DNA of 64,000 nt from Camelus ferus. Its lineage: Eukaryota. Shown here piece by piece: positions 1 to 13,309 of the stretch. A model generated the notes under the pieces. It made no database searches and was not told where the DNA came from. It was given only the letters and a program-made list of their open reading frames with translations. Each line of letters opens with the position of its first letter. Position 1 is the first letter of the stretch. Both the position numbers and the translations under genes were made by a program. Location: positions 70,806,001 through 70,870,000 of the forward strand of contig NC_045696.1 in NCBI RefSeq assembly GCF_009834535.1. The letters run 5' to 3'.

Positions 1-9
1 ACCTGCCAA

Positions 10-180
10 TGCAGAGCACTTAACATACACTGTCTCACTCACTGGCATACCAGCCCTGCCAGGGAGGCATTATTATGCCCATTTGAGAGATGCAGAAACT
101 GAGGATCTGAGAGACTATGTGTCCAGCCCAAGACTACAGTTATTAAGTTGCAGAACCTAGACTCTTAACTGTTGTCATGC
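10..180 (-). mobile_element. MIR SINE
   Basis: attattatgcccattt...gatgcagaaactgagg core. Confidence 0.6.
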
Positions 181-754
181 CCACTCCAGAGCAATATTCT
201 TTCCCCTGCAGTACAGCACTGAGGGCTAGAATGTTCAGGGATTGCCAGGTTGGGGCTGGACCACCTCCCTCGCCCATTACACACACACACCCTTACATCT
301 GAGGAGCCTGAGGTACCTAGAGAGGTGAAGCAGCTTGTCTGAAATCACACAGTTCCTCAGGAGTTGAACCAGGGCAGAATTTAGGACAATAAAAATGTTC
401 TGAATTGCTAACCAGAGGGAAACTCTGCACACCCCCGCCCCCGCCCCCATCAATCTGTCATAGACACCCTGATTCAGCTCCTGTAGTTGTAAGTTGTTTT
501 CTCAGACCCCCTCCCCCAAACACACCTGTTGTTTTGGGGGTTTTGAGGCAGGGCCCTTTGAACAGGATGCTGCCCCCTCATTTCAGACCTTCCTCCCCTC
601 ACAGCCCATCGGATGGCTTGCACCCCCTCCCCCTCCCCCTCTCTGGCCTCAGCCCCCAAGGGACCCTGGGTCTCTGGTTTTTGTCAGGTCTGAGAGCTGG
701 TGGGATTGATTTATGAGAGGAGCCCCTACCCCCACCTCACCCTGAGCCCTTGGT

Positions 755-810
755 CCTCCTCCTCCTTCTCCTCCTTCTCCTCCTCTTCCTCTTCCAACTC
801 CTCCTCCCCT
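755..810. repeat. (CCT)n-like simple repeat
   Basis: cctcctcctccttctcctccttctcctcctcttcctc. Confidence 0.8.
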
Positions 811-1449
811 GCCTGACTGCCTGCTCAGTTTTCCACAGAGTCAGGATTTCCCTGGGGCTGGGGGCTCCAAGCCAAGAACAACACAAGACCGGTTCCCCCA
901 CCTCCCCTGCCCCTCCCATCCCCCTCCAGCTCACTCACCCGCCACAGCGGCCCCCTCAGTTGAGAGGAGGGGTTGAGAGGAGAGGTCCGGGCCCTGCCTG
1001 AGCCCCGAGGAGGGGCCAGAAGCCGAGGCCCCTCCCATCTTGAGCCATGGCTGCCCTCCGCTTTATTCCCTCAGAAGTGCCTTTCTTCCAGGGCTCGCGT
1101 TGGCGAGTGCACAGAGGAGGACTCTGGAAGTCCACACGGGTGGGGGAAAACAGAATTCTGAGAGCTCGCTGAAGTGGGGTGGGGGTTGTCAAGAGTGGTG
1201 AACAAGTCTCGAGACCCACACTCTGAGGGAGCAGGTCAGTGAAGCCCGGGAAATCTACATTAGGGGCAAAGCAGAAAGGATCCTGGGAGCCTCTATTGGT
1301 TCTGCGAGAGGGAAGAGCAGAGGCTTCTGAGACCCTCACACTGGAGGGGGTGGGGAGCAGGGGCTCCAGAGGGTTAGTGGGCTTAGGAAGGAGTGAGCAA
1401 GGGGGTCCCAATCAGTCTCTGGTTCCCTCTCCAGGGAGAAAGTAGACAG

Positions 1450-1950
1450 GGGCAGTAAGTAGGACAGGGCAGAATCCTGCGTGATGGGAGCGGTGTCGGA
1501 GGAGCTGCAAGCCAGGCAGACCCCCGCGCGGAGACCCGGGTAGGGGAGGGTCAGGTCAGAAAGGGGGCGGGGTCGTGGCTTGTATCTGAGTCCTCCTTCC
1601 ATCCGGTCCTCAGACTTGATTTTGGCCCTTGAATCTAGTCCGGGAGGTATGGAAGTGAGGTGGCTGAGGAAACTTGCTTCCTCCCTGAGAAGGGGTCTAG
1701 ACACCCACGGCAGGCGGACTGACAGAACTTCTCCTTAGAAAAGAGCTCCCTGGAGCTCCGCCTGCGGCCGGCCGGGCGGCCAGCGGGACAGGAAGCCGGC
1801 TCTAGAAGAGCAGCCTGCTGTCCCGCCCGGCCACTCCCTCCCTCAGCCCGGCCCCTAGCCGCTCCCCCACCCCACCCCCATCAGACGAGGCCTACAAGCC
1901 TCTCCAGGCGGTGTGAACCCGGGTGACCCCTCCAAGGTTGCCTCTTTCAC
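1450..1950. promoter_or_regulatory. Small CpG-rich patch
   Basis: Local CpG enrichment (CCCCGCGCGG, GCGGCCGGCCGGGCGGCC) and GC box GGGGCGGGG near 1564. Confidence 0.4.
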
Positions 1951-3964
1951 ACAGCAGCTCCTTTGATGAGTCTCTGAAGGCCTTGGTTTTCCTCCGCTGT
2001 GTGCCCCTGCCTGGCCCCGCAGTGAACCCCCCACCGCCCACCCCTCCCCTCTGTTCAGACCCAAGCCCAGCCCTGGCTCTGACTGAGGAGGAGAGGCATT
2101 CCCCAGGCTGCCCAGGTCAGCTCTGCTCTGTGAGGGGCCCCTCCAGACACCTCCCCAGTTAGGACAAGGAATGAGAATTCATTTTTTAAGTCATACCTCA
2201 AAGCCTTACCAATGGATTCCTCCCCACCCGGCCCTGGGCCCTTGGCTGACCAAGTTCATCCTTGTACCCTCAGGCTCAGCACAGAGCAGGAGACTTAAAA
2301 GGGAAACAGAAATTATGAATGAATTCTTGGTAAGATGGAGAGTCACAGGGGCTGCTTTGCTTCAGAAGTAGAACAGGAACAGGGACGGGGGAGGGATGTG
2401 GCAGGGTCACAGCTGGGCAGTCTTAGAGTGTCAATGATGGTCTAGCCCTGTTCCCTTCAGGAAGGCCAGATGGGTGCTTGGGGCACCTGACTTCTCCCTC
2501 CTGTGTCACAGAAGGCAGCCCAGGGGACTGCTGCCCCCTTCTACCTAAGGCAGTTCAGGCCTGGGCTCCTCTTGGAAACGCTCATCAGAGTCCTGTCCAG
2601 CCCCTCCCCCCTCAGCCAGGGCCCAACCTCCTCCACTCCCCTTATAACTCCCCTTTCCCCCAGGCCAAATCTGGCCAATTTGTTCTGAGACAGGGTTCTG
2701 GTTTCATAGCCTCATTTGAATTATTTCCAAGCAGAATTCCTGCCTCCTCCTTTGCAAAGCTCTGCCCTCCCCTCCCCCAGCCTCCCTTCTGCCAGAGCTG
2801 CTGCCTCAGCCAAGGCTGGTGTGGAAGGAGAAGGGATGACCAGTCCCCACAAACACTCGACATGCTGCTGACATGAGAGAGGGGCCATCCCCCATCTCTG
2901 AGCGCGGCCTCCACACAGCTTGCACCCTAAAGGGGAAGCCCTGCAGGCTGGCCACTCCAAGCTCTGTCTCAGGCCTGAGAAGGTGGGATCTTGGGCTCCG
3001 CTGGCTGTCCCTTCTGGGGCCTCAGTGGCCGTACCTGTGCTGGGAGCAGATGATGTTCTAGAGCTGAGCCAAGAGCCCAGCTCTGCCCACAGTAGAGTTT
3101 AGCTGTCAAACTAGAGCAAATCCCCATCGTGTGCTAGCCACCCTGCCCCCGCCCCTGAACACATTCTCTAGTCCCCAGGAGCAAGAAAATCTCTGTTTCA
3201 GATATCATAACAAGGGTACTGCCCCTGTGCACAGCCAGACTTGTGAAAAAATTACAGCACCCCCCGGGGTGTTGATTCATGCTTCCTAACACTTCTTACC
3301 AACAGAAAGATCGGGCAGAGGTCCCATTCTCCCACCTCCTTCCCAAGACTGTTCTGACCCAGAGTCAGATCCATGGGGTAGAAGGTCGCTTTCTCCAGGA
3401 CCTACGCCCAGAAGGTAGGCAGAAAAAAAATTTCTACCTTTGTTTACAAAAAAAGGAATATGGGGCCCAGAGATCTCTATAAATTGTCTAAGATCACACA
3501 GCAAAACTTGAGCCCTGGCCACCTGACCCACAGGCTGAGGTGTCCACCATCCCCACTGCTGCTGGGTCTGGGTCAGCCTGGAGGGCACTCTTCAGCTCAG
3601 GACGCTTGGTCCTCCTCCCTCTTAGGGGCTGCTGAGCAACCATCTGCAAACCCCTCTTCTGGGAGGTGATCATAGAGACAGGTCCAACAATCTGTTCTAC
3701 AGTTCAGGTGTGTCATTTCCTGAGCCCTCGGGTTGGGGCTGGGGTTGGGCATGGCCCTGTTGGCACTGATTCAGCATCTTCATTTTGCACACGCAGATCT
3801 AGGCTTCCAGCGTAGAGCAGCATGTGAAGCCAGAGGCCCTGGGGCTGAGTCAAACAGAACATCACCCTAATCTTCCCCATGCCACTAAAGCCTCTTGTCT
3901 CCTCTTCCAGACCCTGTGGGTTCCCTGCTTCAAGGCCCCCTCTCTAAGTTACCACTCTTGTCAA

Positions 3965-4140
3965 GTGTCAGATAACCTGGGTTCAAATACAGGCTATAAC
4001 CTTCACTGGGCGTGTGACCTTGGGTAAGTCATTTCCCTGTGCCTCAGTTTCCTTATCTGTAAAATGGAGTAATAACGTCTTCCTCACAACCTCATAGAGT
4101 TCTATGGAGATGAAGCTACATAAAAAGTCTAGTACAAGAC
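3965..4140 (+). mobile_element. MIR SINE
   Basis: ctgggttcaaat...gtgtgaccttgggtaagtca...gcctcagtttccttatctgtaaaatgg. Confidence 0.75.
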
Positions 4141-5689
4141 AGTCATTCCCTTCTCCTTCCTTCATATATCCTGTGTTCAAGCCCAGTGTAAGCCGTTTAA
4201 GAGGAGAAAGTGCCTCCAGCAGAATCAAAAGTCCGGCTACTCAGTATTAGAGATAACTGTGAAACCCGGGGCAAGATGCCTAGCCTCTGTTCTTCCACCT
4301 TGAAAACATATCAACATGGTGGAGATAAGATGAGACAAGAGAGGTAAAAATAAGAGCAGTGGGAAAGGGGAAAAGGTACAAATCCCAGTTTCTGGCTTCC
4401 TTTAACCCACATGCTCCACACACGCTCACACTGTGGAAGAAGGCCTGTTCCTGGGTCCGAGGAGGAACCCTCTCCTCTTTCCTCCCAGGGCCGTTCTTTG
4501 GTCTCCCTGATTCATCCTCCGCAACAAGCAGCTCTTTTTTTGTTTAGCATGGAGTGGGCTGTCCTGCCTGCTGGTGCCTGGCCCAAAGAGGGAGGGCCAG
4601 GGGCTGTGGTGAGGGTCTGGCCTCCTCAGAGGCTCCATAGCTAGGAGCCCACTCCCACTTGCACCCTCACGCCTTGGGAGAGTCCCAAGGACCTGACGTT
4701 GGGGGAACTGAAAGCAGGAGAAGGCTTCTCCAGGAGATTCCCATGAGGATGTGCTGGTCCCCAGATGCCATGGGGACCCTAGACCTGTAACATCATCACT
4801 TACGCTTCTTCCTAAACAGACACATAGCAGAGAGTCCTTAGCTTATCTCCTCCCAGAAAAAAAAAAGAAACCTATATACTTTATTGCTTCTTGAAAGCAT
4901 TTGTTAATGGCCTACTACGTGCCACACACTTCCTTTGCATTCTCTTGTTTCATTTTTTTGGTAACTAGGTGATGCCATTAGTTCATTTTACAGCTAAGAA
5001 AACTCAGAAAAGTTAAGTGAATTGTCCAAAGCCACACAGCTCCCATGCAGTAGAGCTGAGGACTTATAATTGGATGACTTCAGAGATGGATCCTGCCTTC
5101 TAACTGAGCAAGGCCTCATTCCTTCCAGTCTGCCCGACTGCTACTTCCTAAAACCCCTTCTCTACCTGAGAATAGATATGGCTGCCCTGCCAGCCCCAGA
5201 GAACACCCCTCTCCCTCGACACTGTGCCCCTGACATCTTCTATGATGCCTATTAGTTTCCCACTCTAATCACAGACTTCCAACCCTGTATCTGCTTGTGT
5301 CCTGGTGCTCCAGGGTTAGGCCTATTAAACAGACCACCCAGGGGACAGAGGGAGGAGTCCCCCCAGTCACCACTCACCTGATTCCTAGGCTGGTTGTTTG
5401 GAAGGTGGTTTCCCTGGACATCAAGGCAGGAGAGCAGGAAAGGAATCAGGATGGCTGGAATCTATTCCAGGATGTCTGTGTACTTGAGGGTGGGGAAGTG
5501 TTTAGGAGCAAGCTTTGGTGCCTGGTTGTGGGTTTGTGGGGGGTAGGTAGGGCAGGACAGATTCTATATACCAATGTGGAAGAAATGGCCAAGAGAAGTC
5601 ATAGATATATCTGGGGGAAAGGATAGAAACTATAATTTGTGGGTTTTCTTATTCTCTTTTACAGCCCTAAATATAGGAATTCATTTCTT

Positions 5690-6350
5690 TATCCAGCCAA
5701 CCATCTAAACATCCACTCATCCATTCAACCATCCACTAACCCAATCATCTAGCTATCTAATTATCAGATCTAATTATCTAATTATCTGTCCATTCATTTA
5801 TCCTTTCATCCATATACCCATTGTTTTATTCATTCATCCACCCTACCATTCATCCATCTTTCTATCCACATCCATGTATCTACTCATTCATCCATTCACT
5901 CATTCATCTACTTAACTATCTTCTCATCTGTTTATGTAGCCTGTAGCCGCTCATTTCCATCCCTCCATCCATCCTTCTATCCACTCATCCATTCACCTAT
6001 TCTTTCATCTCTTCACCTATTTATCCATCCATCCATCCATCATCCATCCGTCCATGCATTCTCTCTTCTATACACCTACTTGCCTATTCTTTCATCCATC
6101 CTACTATTCATCCATCCACGTATCCATTCATCTATCCATTCACCTACCTGTCATCCAGTTATTCAACTATAATCATTCATACATACATTCACTTGTCTGT
6201 CCATTTATCCCTCTATCCATTCTGCCATTTACTTTTTTCATCTACCTATTCATTCATTCATCCATCATTTATCCACTTGTCCATACATACATACATATTT
6301 TACTCCATCCATCAGTACATTTATCTATTAATTCATTTATACAGAATTAA
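5690..6350. repeat. Degenerate (TCCA)n/(TTCA)n low-complexity tract
   Basis: About 650 bp of catc/catt tetramer variants, e.g. atccatccatccatccatcatccatcc. Confidence 0.9.
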
Positions 6351-6469
6351 ATTAAATAATCTAATAAAGTTCTAGCCTAGTACCTGGCACAGTAAGCATT
6401 CAATAATGGTAATCATAGTAGTTGATCTTATTCTAAGATTTTATTTGAGAAGTAGAATAGGGTGGGAGT

Positions 6470-6710
6470 AAAAAGCATCAACTCTGAATTCAAATCTTGG
6501 CTCCTCCACTTACTATTTCAGTGACCTTGGACAAGTTACTTAACTTCTGTTAGTCAAGTTTTCCCGTATGTAAAATGGAAATGGCAAGAGTACATTTCCA
6601 TTGAGGGTTGGAAATGTAGAGTTATCCTGAAGATAGATGAATTACTAAACATGAAGTACTTAGAGTTGTGCCTGGCACAAAATAAGCCCTCAACAGTTTA
6701 CTATTATCAT
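6470..6710 (+). mobile_element. MIR SINE
   Basis: ttcaaatcttggctcctccacttacta...gtgaccttggacaagttacttaac...tgtaaaatgg...gtgcctggcaca. Confidence 0.75.
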
Positions 6711-6929
6711 CCGTCCATCCCTCAGGCATTACTGAGCTTCCTATCTTGTGCCAGACCCACATATATCTTCCTAGGAAATATGCATCATAAAGGTGTGGTG
6801 CCTTCTTCAAGGAGCACAGCTTCAGGCAGAGATGACAAAGAGGAACACTTATAATGCATGTGCTAAACTCTCAGAGAGGTATGAAGGATGCCTGTGGGAG
6901 TAGTGAGGGGGCATTCCCCACCTACCCAC

Positions 6930-7620
6930 CTCAGCCTCTTCTCTTCTCTCTACAACTCTCATGGGCAATCCTACTCACTATCTGAACTTCATCCCTGGTC
7001 TCCATGCTGTGTCTGATACTCCAGCTCAGACCTCACTCCTGTGCTCTGGATCCATGTATCCGATGCCTTACTGGACATCTCTCCTTGAAAGCTTCAAACT
7101 GAGCCCATTGTTCTCCTTCATACATCCTGTTCTTCCTTTACCTTCTGAATCCATAAATGGTGCCAAAGTACTCCCAAATGCCCAGTCCTCAGAATCACCC
7201 AGGCTCAGACGTTTACTATCTCTCCTCTCCCACATCCAGTCAGTCACTAAGCATGTTGCTACTTACCTTTGCAAAATCACTCACACCTGTTTTTTCCTTG
7301 CCCTTTCTACAACACCTCCTCCTCACCCCATCTTTATCCAGGACCTTATTACCCTTCACCTAGACTGCGTCTTCCAGGCCACCATCTTTATGTCCTCCAA
7401 TCCACCCCATACCTGCCTCACTCTACTTCCAAAACACTGGTCTCATAATGTCACTCTCCTTGTCAGAATCCATCAGTGACACCTAAGATATTCCAATATC
7501 ACCCTGTCACTTGTCTTTCTCCTCCAGTGGACTGGAGGCTTCTTGAGGACAGCTCACATATCTCCATTGCCTGAGGCTAGTTCCTGGCAAAGAGGAGGTC
7601 TCAGCATGTGCTTGTGGAAA
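6930..7620 (+). mobile_element. L2 fragment
   Basis: cagacctc.ctcctg.gctc...ctactggacatctc...cacatccagtcagtcactaag...gactggagg.ttcttgagg.cag. Confidence 0.65.
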
Positions 7621-9229
7621 GGATGTGTTATTTTATTGACGTAGAAGGTGAGAATGGAAGAAGGCGCAAGTGGAGGCTCGGGTCATGTAGAAAAGTCTGC
7701 ACCAGCTGCTGCGGAGAGAATTTTATTAAAAATTAGCAAAACAAGAAAAGGGTTGCTCAGAGAGATCATGGTATTCCCCTTTTGGGAGTGGGAATTGTCC
7801 AGGTTGGGCAGGAAGAGAAGTGTACCCCGGAAGGCCTCCAGGTGGAGAGAAAAAGGGGTTTTGGGACCAGAGATTTTGAAACTGGGCAGACAAGAGGAAG
7901 TGGTGGGAGGGGAGCCTAGGATATCAGATCTGCAATCTTAGAGGAGGTGGCTAAGTGATAACCAGGATCAAAGTGTAGCCCAATGTGCTGCACTAAATGG
8001 AGGCCAATTAGGAATGAAGGAGGAGGTCACTGGAGGTGAGAGGTCAGCATGTGGGTGTTAAAGAAAAGAGGCTGGAGCCCAGAAGCTCTGGTTGGCCAGC
8101 TACCAAATCCCAGAAGAAGCCTGACTGTGAGCTTGAGGCTCAGAAAGGTCAAGGGAGGTGAGGTTGGGAGGAAGGGAGAGCAAGGGAATAGTTTAATGGT
8201 GGCTTCAAAAGTACATGGAGAGGATAGTGGGAGAATGGTGCCTGGGAGCAGTGCTGGGGGTGGCTGAGGGGAAGGAGTGGCAAGGCAGTGGTGTCTGAGG
8301 AAAGCAGGTTTCAGTACCCCCCACATTCCTGCAGACACGCCCTTCCTGGTCCCCTCAGGCAAGGGCCACGTCTGTCACCTTCCCCAAGTTCAATGCCCGG
8401 GGAAGGGAGAGGGGTTCAGGGAGAGATGCTCCTGCCTTTCTGCTTCTCCCTGCCAGACCAAGACAAAGTGCGGAAGGGGGTCTTCCCCAGCCCCCTATAG
8501 TCAGGGTCAGGGCAGCCACCTCTGGGCTGATGTCACAGCAGGCCTCCAGCCAGATCCAGAGTCTGTTTTCATTCCTGCTCCATGAGATGGGAATAATTAA
8601 TGAGAAACAGAGAAGGGCAGGAAGGCAAATGGAAGGACAGAGTTGCTTGCCTGTCAGACCTGTGCCCCCGCCCCCCGCCCCAATGGGAACCGTATACCAT
8701 TCCTGGACTGTACTCCTAACAGGGCCTTCAGCACCTGGGGGCCCGGCTCTTCTCTAAAAAAGGAAAGCTGAGGTAGCCTTCCCTATGTGTGCAGAGGCCC
8801 CTCCTAGGGGGGAGAGTGTCACTCTGAAGTAGCCCAGGTGCAGCACTTCTAGGTCCCCTCAGGTCCCCTCAGTTCCCCTTCCAAGGCATCCTGATGTAGT
8901 GGGAAGAACACAGAATCATGGATGAATTAGGTCTGATTCAGATCTTGGCTTTGCCATTGGCTGGCTCTGTGACCTCAGGCAAGCCATGTCATTTCTCTGA
9001 GCTCTTTTGTAGAAATAGGGATAGAAGGCATCATGTGCTCAGAAATGCCTGTAGTCAAATGTGCCTTGCAGCAGGGTACAGGTAGAGCAGAGGGCTACAG
9101 GAGTAGCAATGGAGAGGGTGCCCAAGTGGAGTTGTAGAACTGCTGAGACCAGGTGCCCAAGACTCTCCCTCCAGGCTGTGAGAAGTGGATGGCCCAGCTG
9201 GGGATGAATTATTGGAAAGAAGACTTGGT

Positions 9230-9980
9230 CGATGTCATTTGTCCATGATCCTGTTCCTTCTTCATTCTGAGCTGGAATGGCCTGTGTGCCCTTAGACTGC
9301 TCTGCTCTCACCTGACCCAGAACCTTTGCATATACTGCTCCATTCTCCCCTCTTGCTAACTGCAAGCAGCCTCCAAGGCTTAATTCAAGTCACCTTCTGC
9401 AGCAGCCTTCTTTGATGGAATTCCCAGCCTGAGTCCCTTCCTTACAGCACCTGGTGCTTATTGAGCTGTAGCACTTATCACATTGTATGAGCCGATTTAC
9501 ATATCAGTGTCCCCTTCTGAGCTATGTGCACCTCCAGGGAGTGGGAGCTGTAACCAGTTCATCCCCATATCGTCAGCTCCATACACTGGGATTGGCATAT
9601 AGAAGGTCCAATGAAGGTATGTTGAATAAATGAGTGAGGGAGGGAGGGAATGAAGATATACTTAGGGTCAGACACCAAAAGGCTAAATAAAGAGACCTGG
9701 ATAGTAATGGGGGCCCCAGCTCCCTCTGCTGGGCATCAGATAACTGGCTAGAGGACCCCTGGCCTTGCCCCTAGACGAGCTGAGGTCACTGGAGCTGTGA
9801 TTTGATCCGACACCTGTAACATGTACCTTGACTTATAATTATATACATTTTTTGTATGATTATTTGAAGAGCATCTATATCTCTATTAGACTAAGTTCTT
9901 TGAAGTAGCATCTGTCTCTGATCTTATTCATTACAAGATCCCTAGTGCCCAGCACAGTGCCTGACACGTAGCAGATATCC
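9230..9980 (+). mobile_element. L2 3' fragments
   Basis: tttgcatatactgctcc...gtcaccttctgcagcagccttc...tgttgaataaatgagtga; agactaagttctttgaag...cccagcacagtgcctgacacgtag. Confidence 0.65.
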
Positions 9981-10319
9981 AGTACTCCCCTGCCCCCAAA
10001 CAGACCCAGGAACACTGCACTTAAGGAAGAAATGCAGGAATCACGGTCCCTCAGCGACTTGGTGCATTTTCTACCCCTTAATGAGCTTCAGGGCCCTCAC
10101 CCTTATTGTCTCCAAACCATTCAGGCCCCACCAGCCCTATCTCAGGAAGTGGGCCAGCACCTGGCTTAAGCCAGCAGCAAAATGCCCAGCATCCCTGTGG
10201 GTGAAATAGGGTTGGTGATTTCCCCCAATACCTTGGTTTCTTTGACCCCTGCTCTGCACCAAGCACTACTCAGCATTTTCCTGTCTGTTCGTATATTTTA
10301 TTCAAACATCATACTAATA

Positions 10320-10520
10320 AAAATAGTACCTGACATTTTTGAGTACTTACTATGATCCCCGCATACACTTTACATGTATTAACTAACTTTTGTAACAATC
10401 TCATGAGGTAGGAATGATTACTACACACCTTTTTATAGATGAGGAAATCAAGGCAGAGAGAGAACAACCTACCCTAGGTCAAGACTAGGAAGCTGGACTT
10501 TGACTCCAGGTCTGCCTATA
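10320..10520 (-). mobile_element. MIR SINE
   Basis: gagtacttactatg...ttttatagatgaggaaatcaaggc. Confidence 0.65.
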
Positions 10521-11439
10521 CTCTAAGGCTGCAAGGGCAGTCTGGCTTTCCTAGGGGCTTCCCACTGCACTACCCCAGCTGCCTGATTTCCAGGTTCTAG
10601 ACCAGGGTCTAGCTACCCAGGCTTAGATCTAACAGCTGCTGTCCAGTGCCCTATCCCTGGGGCCATTCTGGAGGAGGGGGATACTGTCAGGCGCTGAGTA
10701 CAGCGAAGAACAGCTTACTCTCTCTACCTGTCCCTACTCCCTGAGTTCAGCACAGAGTATCATTTGGGGCTGCAACTGCCCTCAGATGGGATGAGAGAGG
10801 AGGGGAAGCTGCCCCTCCTCTAGGCTGAACATGCTCCCCTTCCTACATCCCACTGGCTTCTTTTTTTAAGCACTAACTTGGGAAATCTAATTTTCTGCCC
10901 CCAGGAGTGTGTAGTTAATTAACCAAGACTCTAACCAGATTAAGAAATCACTACCTCTTATTCTTCATCTACCCCCAGGAAAGCCAGACCCCCTTCTGAG
11001 TACCCTCATTCTTCTAATGCCCTAACCACGCCTCCTCCCTGTTCATAACCCTGCTTGGGATCTCAGGACTCATCCTAGCCCCTAATAAGATGCAGGTTAG
11101 CAGGGTTAGGCGGCCCAGGTAGGAATGCACTGGGGAGGAGCCTTCAAGGAAAGGAATGGCTTTTGTCCTTCCTTCTTTGCATCCCTTCCCCCACTTATTC
11201 TCAATCGTGGGAAGCTCTTAGGGTGTGTGGGTTGGGAGGTGGGGCCAGGAAGGGTCTTGTAACAAGACGTGAGAACCTGAGTAAGGGAGGTGACTTGGGA
11301 CAGGGTGTGCATGCAGGAGAGTACAAATTTGGACACAGGAGAAGGCAGGTATGTGCGGTGTGCTGCACAGGGCACATCTAACAGAGTAACTTATGTACCT
11401 CGGATTTCTGGGTTCCAGACGTCCCTTGAAATCTTCGGC

Positions 11440-12360
11440 TTGGAGCGCACTCACCAAGTGTCCCCTCAACTGTGTGGCTGCCAACCCCCATCCCTCCCCC
11501 AGCGCTGAAAGTTCACTATCCCACCCTTTCTGTCGACCCAGTAGGGGGCGAAGTCTTAACTCTTCGGGCGAAGCCCCCATCCAAGACTCCCGCTAAGAAA
11601 AGAGTAAGGGATAGGTGAGGGGGATCACCAAAGGAGATGCAGACCACGGACCCTCCCCAATCCCGGAGCCTCAGGAGTAGGAAGTGAACACTTGAGCAGG
11701 AGTTTGGAATGCCCTCTCCTCTTCATCTGAGCCCTTAGCCCGGGAATGCGGCGCGGAGTGTGCAGGACACCACTCAGCACCGCGTCCCCTCTCTCGGCCG
11801 CCAGCAACACCTCGCGCAGTTGACAGCCGCGGCGCCTAGGTCCAAGGGGGCCTCAGGCCTCTGCATCATGCCCTTCAGCTCCCGCCCTCGGCAGAATCCC
11901 CAACCAGGGAAGGAAGGAGGGCTCGTGAAGGAGATCCATCCCACGCGGGGATCCCCAGGGACGCCAAGGCCCCGATCCTTCCGGGGTGGCCTTCCCGGGG
12001 CAGCCACTGCACCGCAGCGGGGCTCCGTGGGACGGGGGAAAATACTAAGGAGCGGCCGGCGGCAGAGAGGCGGCAGCGGCTCGGGAGCCGAGCGCTGCGA
12101 GACCAAAGCACCCCTGCCCCTTCTCTCCGGGCAGCTGCCGCTTCTGCCGGCGGGCTGAAACACTCAGCCTCCGCCTTGGCCCAACTCCCCTCGCCGGCCT
12201 GGCCTGCCTCTAGGGCCCTGGTCCCCTGCACCTGAAATAGCTGCCCGGTGCTTTCAAGACCTGCAGCATCGCCAACCCCTAGCTACCGCCCCTACTTGAT
12301 TTCCCCTACGGAGCTCTGCCCTGCCTGGAAAGGTGTGCGGGGCTGCACCCGTGAACCCAG
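11440..12360. promoter_or_regulatory. Orphan CpG island downstream of EPHB3, with a CTCF-like motif
   Basis: CpG-dense GC-rich block; CCAGTAGGGGGCG at 11538-11550 fits the CTCF core. Confidence 0.6.
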
Positions 12361-13309
12361 AGATCTAGGAGGCTTTGTCCATGCCCCTCCCCTTCCCAGG
12401 TCCAGCCAGACTCAAACTTAGGTTGTGCAGGTTCCTTGGAAATCTATTCCAAGCCCGGCAAAGGTTTACTGCCTAAGGTTCCCTCCTCCTGACACTGGGA
12501 AAGTGCACATTCTCCCCTACCCGCCACCCACGTGTTTCTGCATCTAAGGGGCCTCTGAGCCCCTCTACCCTGCCCCCTTTCTCCTTCGACATTTCCAGAA
12601 GCTGTTTTCCTACCCTCTCCCTCATTCTGGTTATTTATCCTCTGAACCTTTCATGTGTGCAGGCAGTCTCTGGGTGGGAATCCCACCCTCGGGCCTCACT
12701 TACTGGATCAGCGACTTTGGGCAAGTTTTACTTAACCTCTCCCTTTCCTCCTCTGTAAAAAAGATAAAAATACTTCCTTCCCTGGCTGGGTTGTTGTGAG
12801 ATTAAGTAAGATCCATATATAAATGGAGCATTTTAGCCCAGGACTCAGAGCACAGTAATAGTTCAGTAAAGAGTAGCCACACTTCTAGTCTGACACTTGC
12901 TGAAAGGAGCTGACCTCTGCATCTGAACTCCATGGGGCCCTCATCCCCTTGGTCCTAGGCCATGTGACCCTGGCAGCTGACCAACTCCCTCTACCCCCAG
13001 CTCCCTCAGAGGCAATGGGTGTGAAAGGACTCTGTTTGCAAAACACCATCCAGACCCAAGAGTCTGCCCCAGGGAACACCTGAGCCTTAGAAGGAAGGAG
13101 CTCTGAGGTAGTTTCCTCTCTTATCGTTACTGCCCCACTTTCAAGAAGTTAGATGCAACAAGGCCGAAGCACAGAAGGGAAGTTGAGCCTGGAGAGGCCT
13201 GGATCTGGCCTCCCAATGACTCCTGGGAATTCTGAAGGGCCAGCGCTGAGGAACTGTGAACTTGAAGGCATCAGGGAATCCTGCCTTGGGAGGTGGAATA
13301 AGATGGGGC

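Noticed and set aside
750..1001. Signal-peptide-like poly-Leu ORF
   Set aside because: Translation of a (CCT)n simple repeat with a non-ATG start
5690..6350. CRISPR-like or structured repeat array
   Set aside because: Degenerate tetranucleotide satellite with no repeat-spacer structure, in eukaryotic DNA
11774..11794. REST/RE1 site
   Set aside because: Only the left half (TCAGCACC) matches; the GGACAG half is absent
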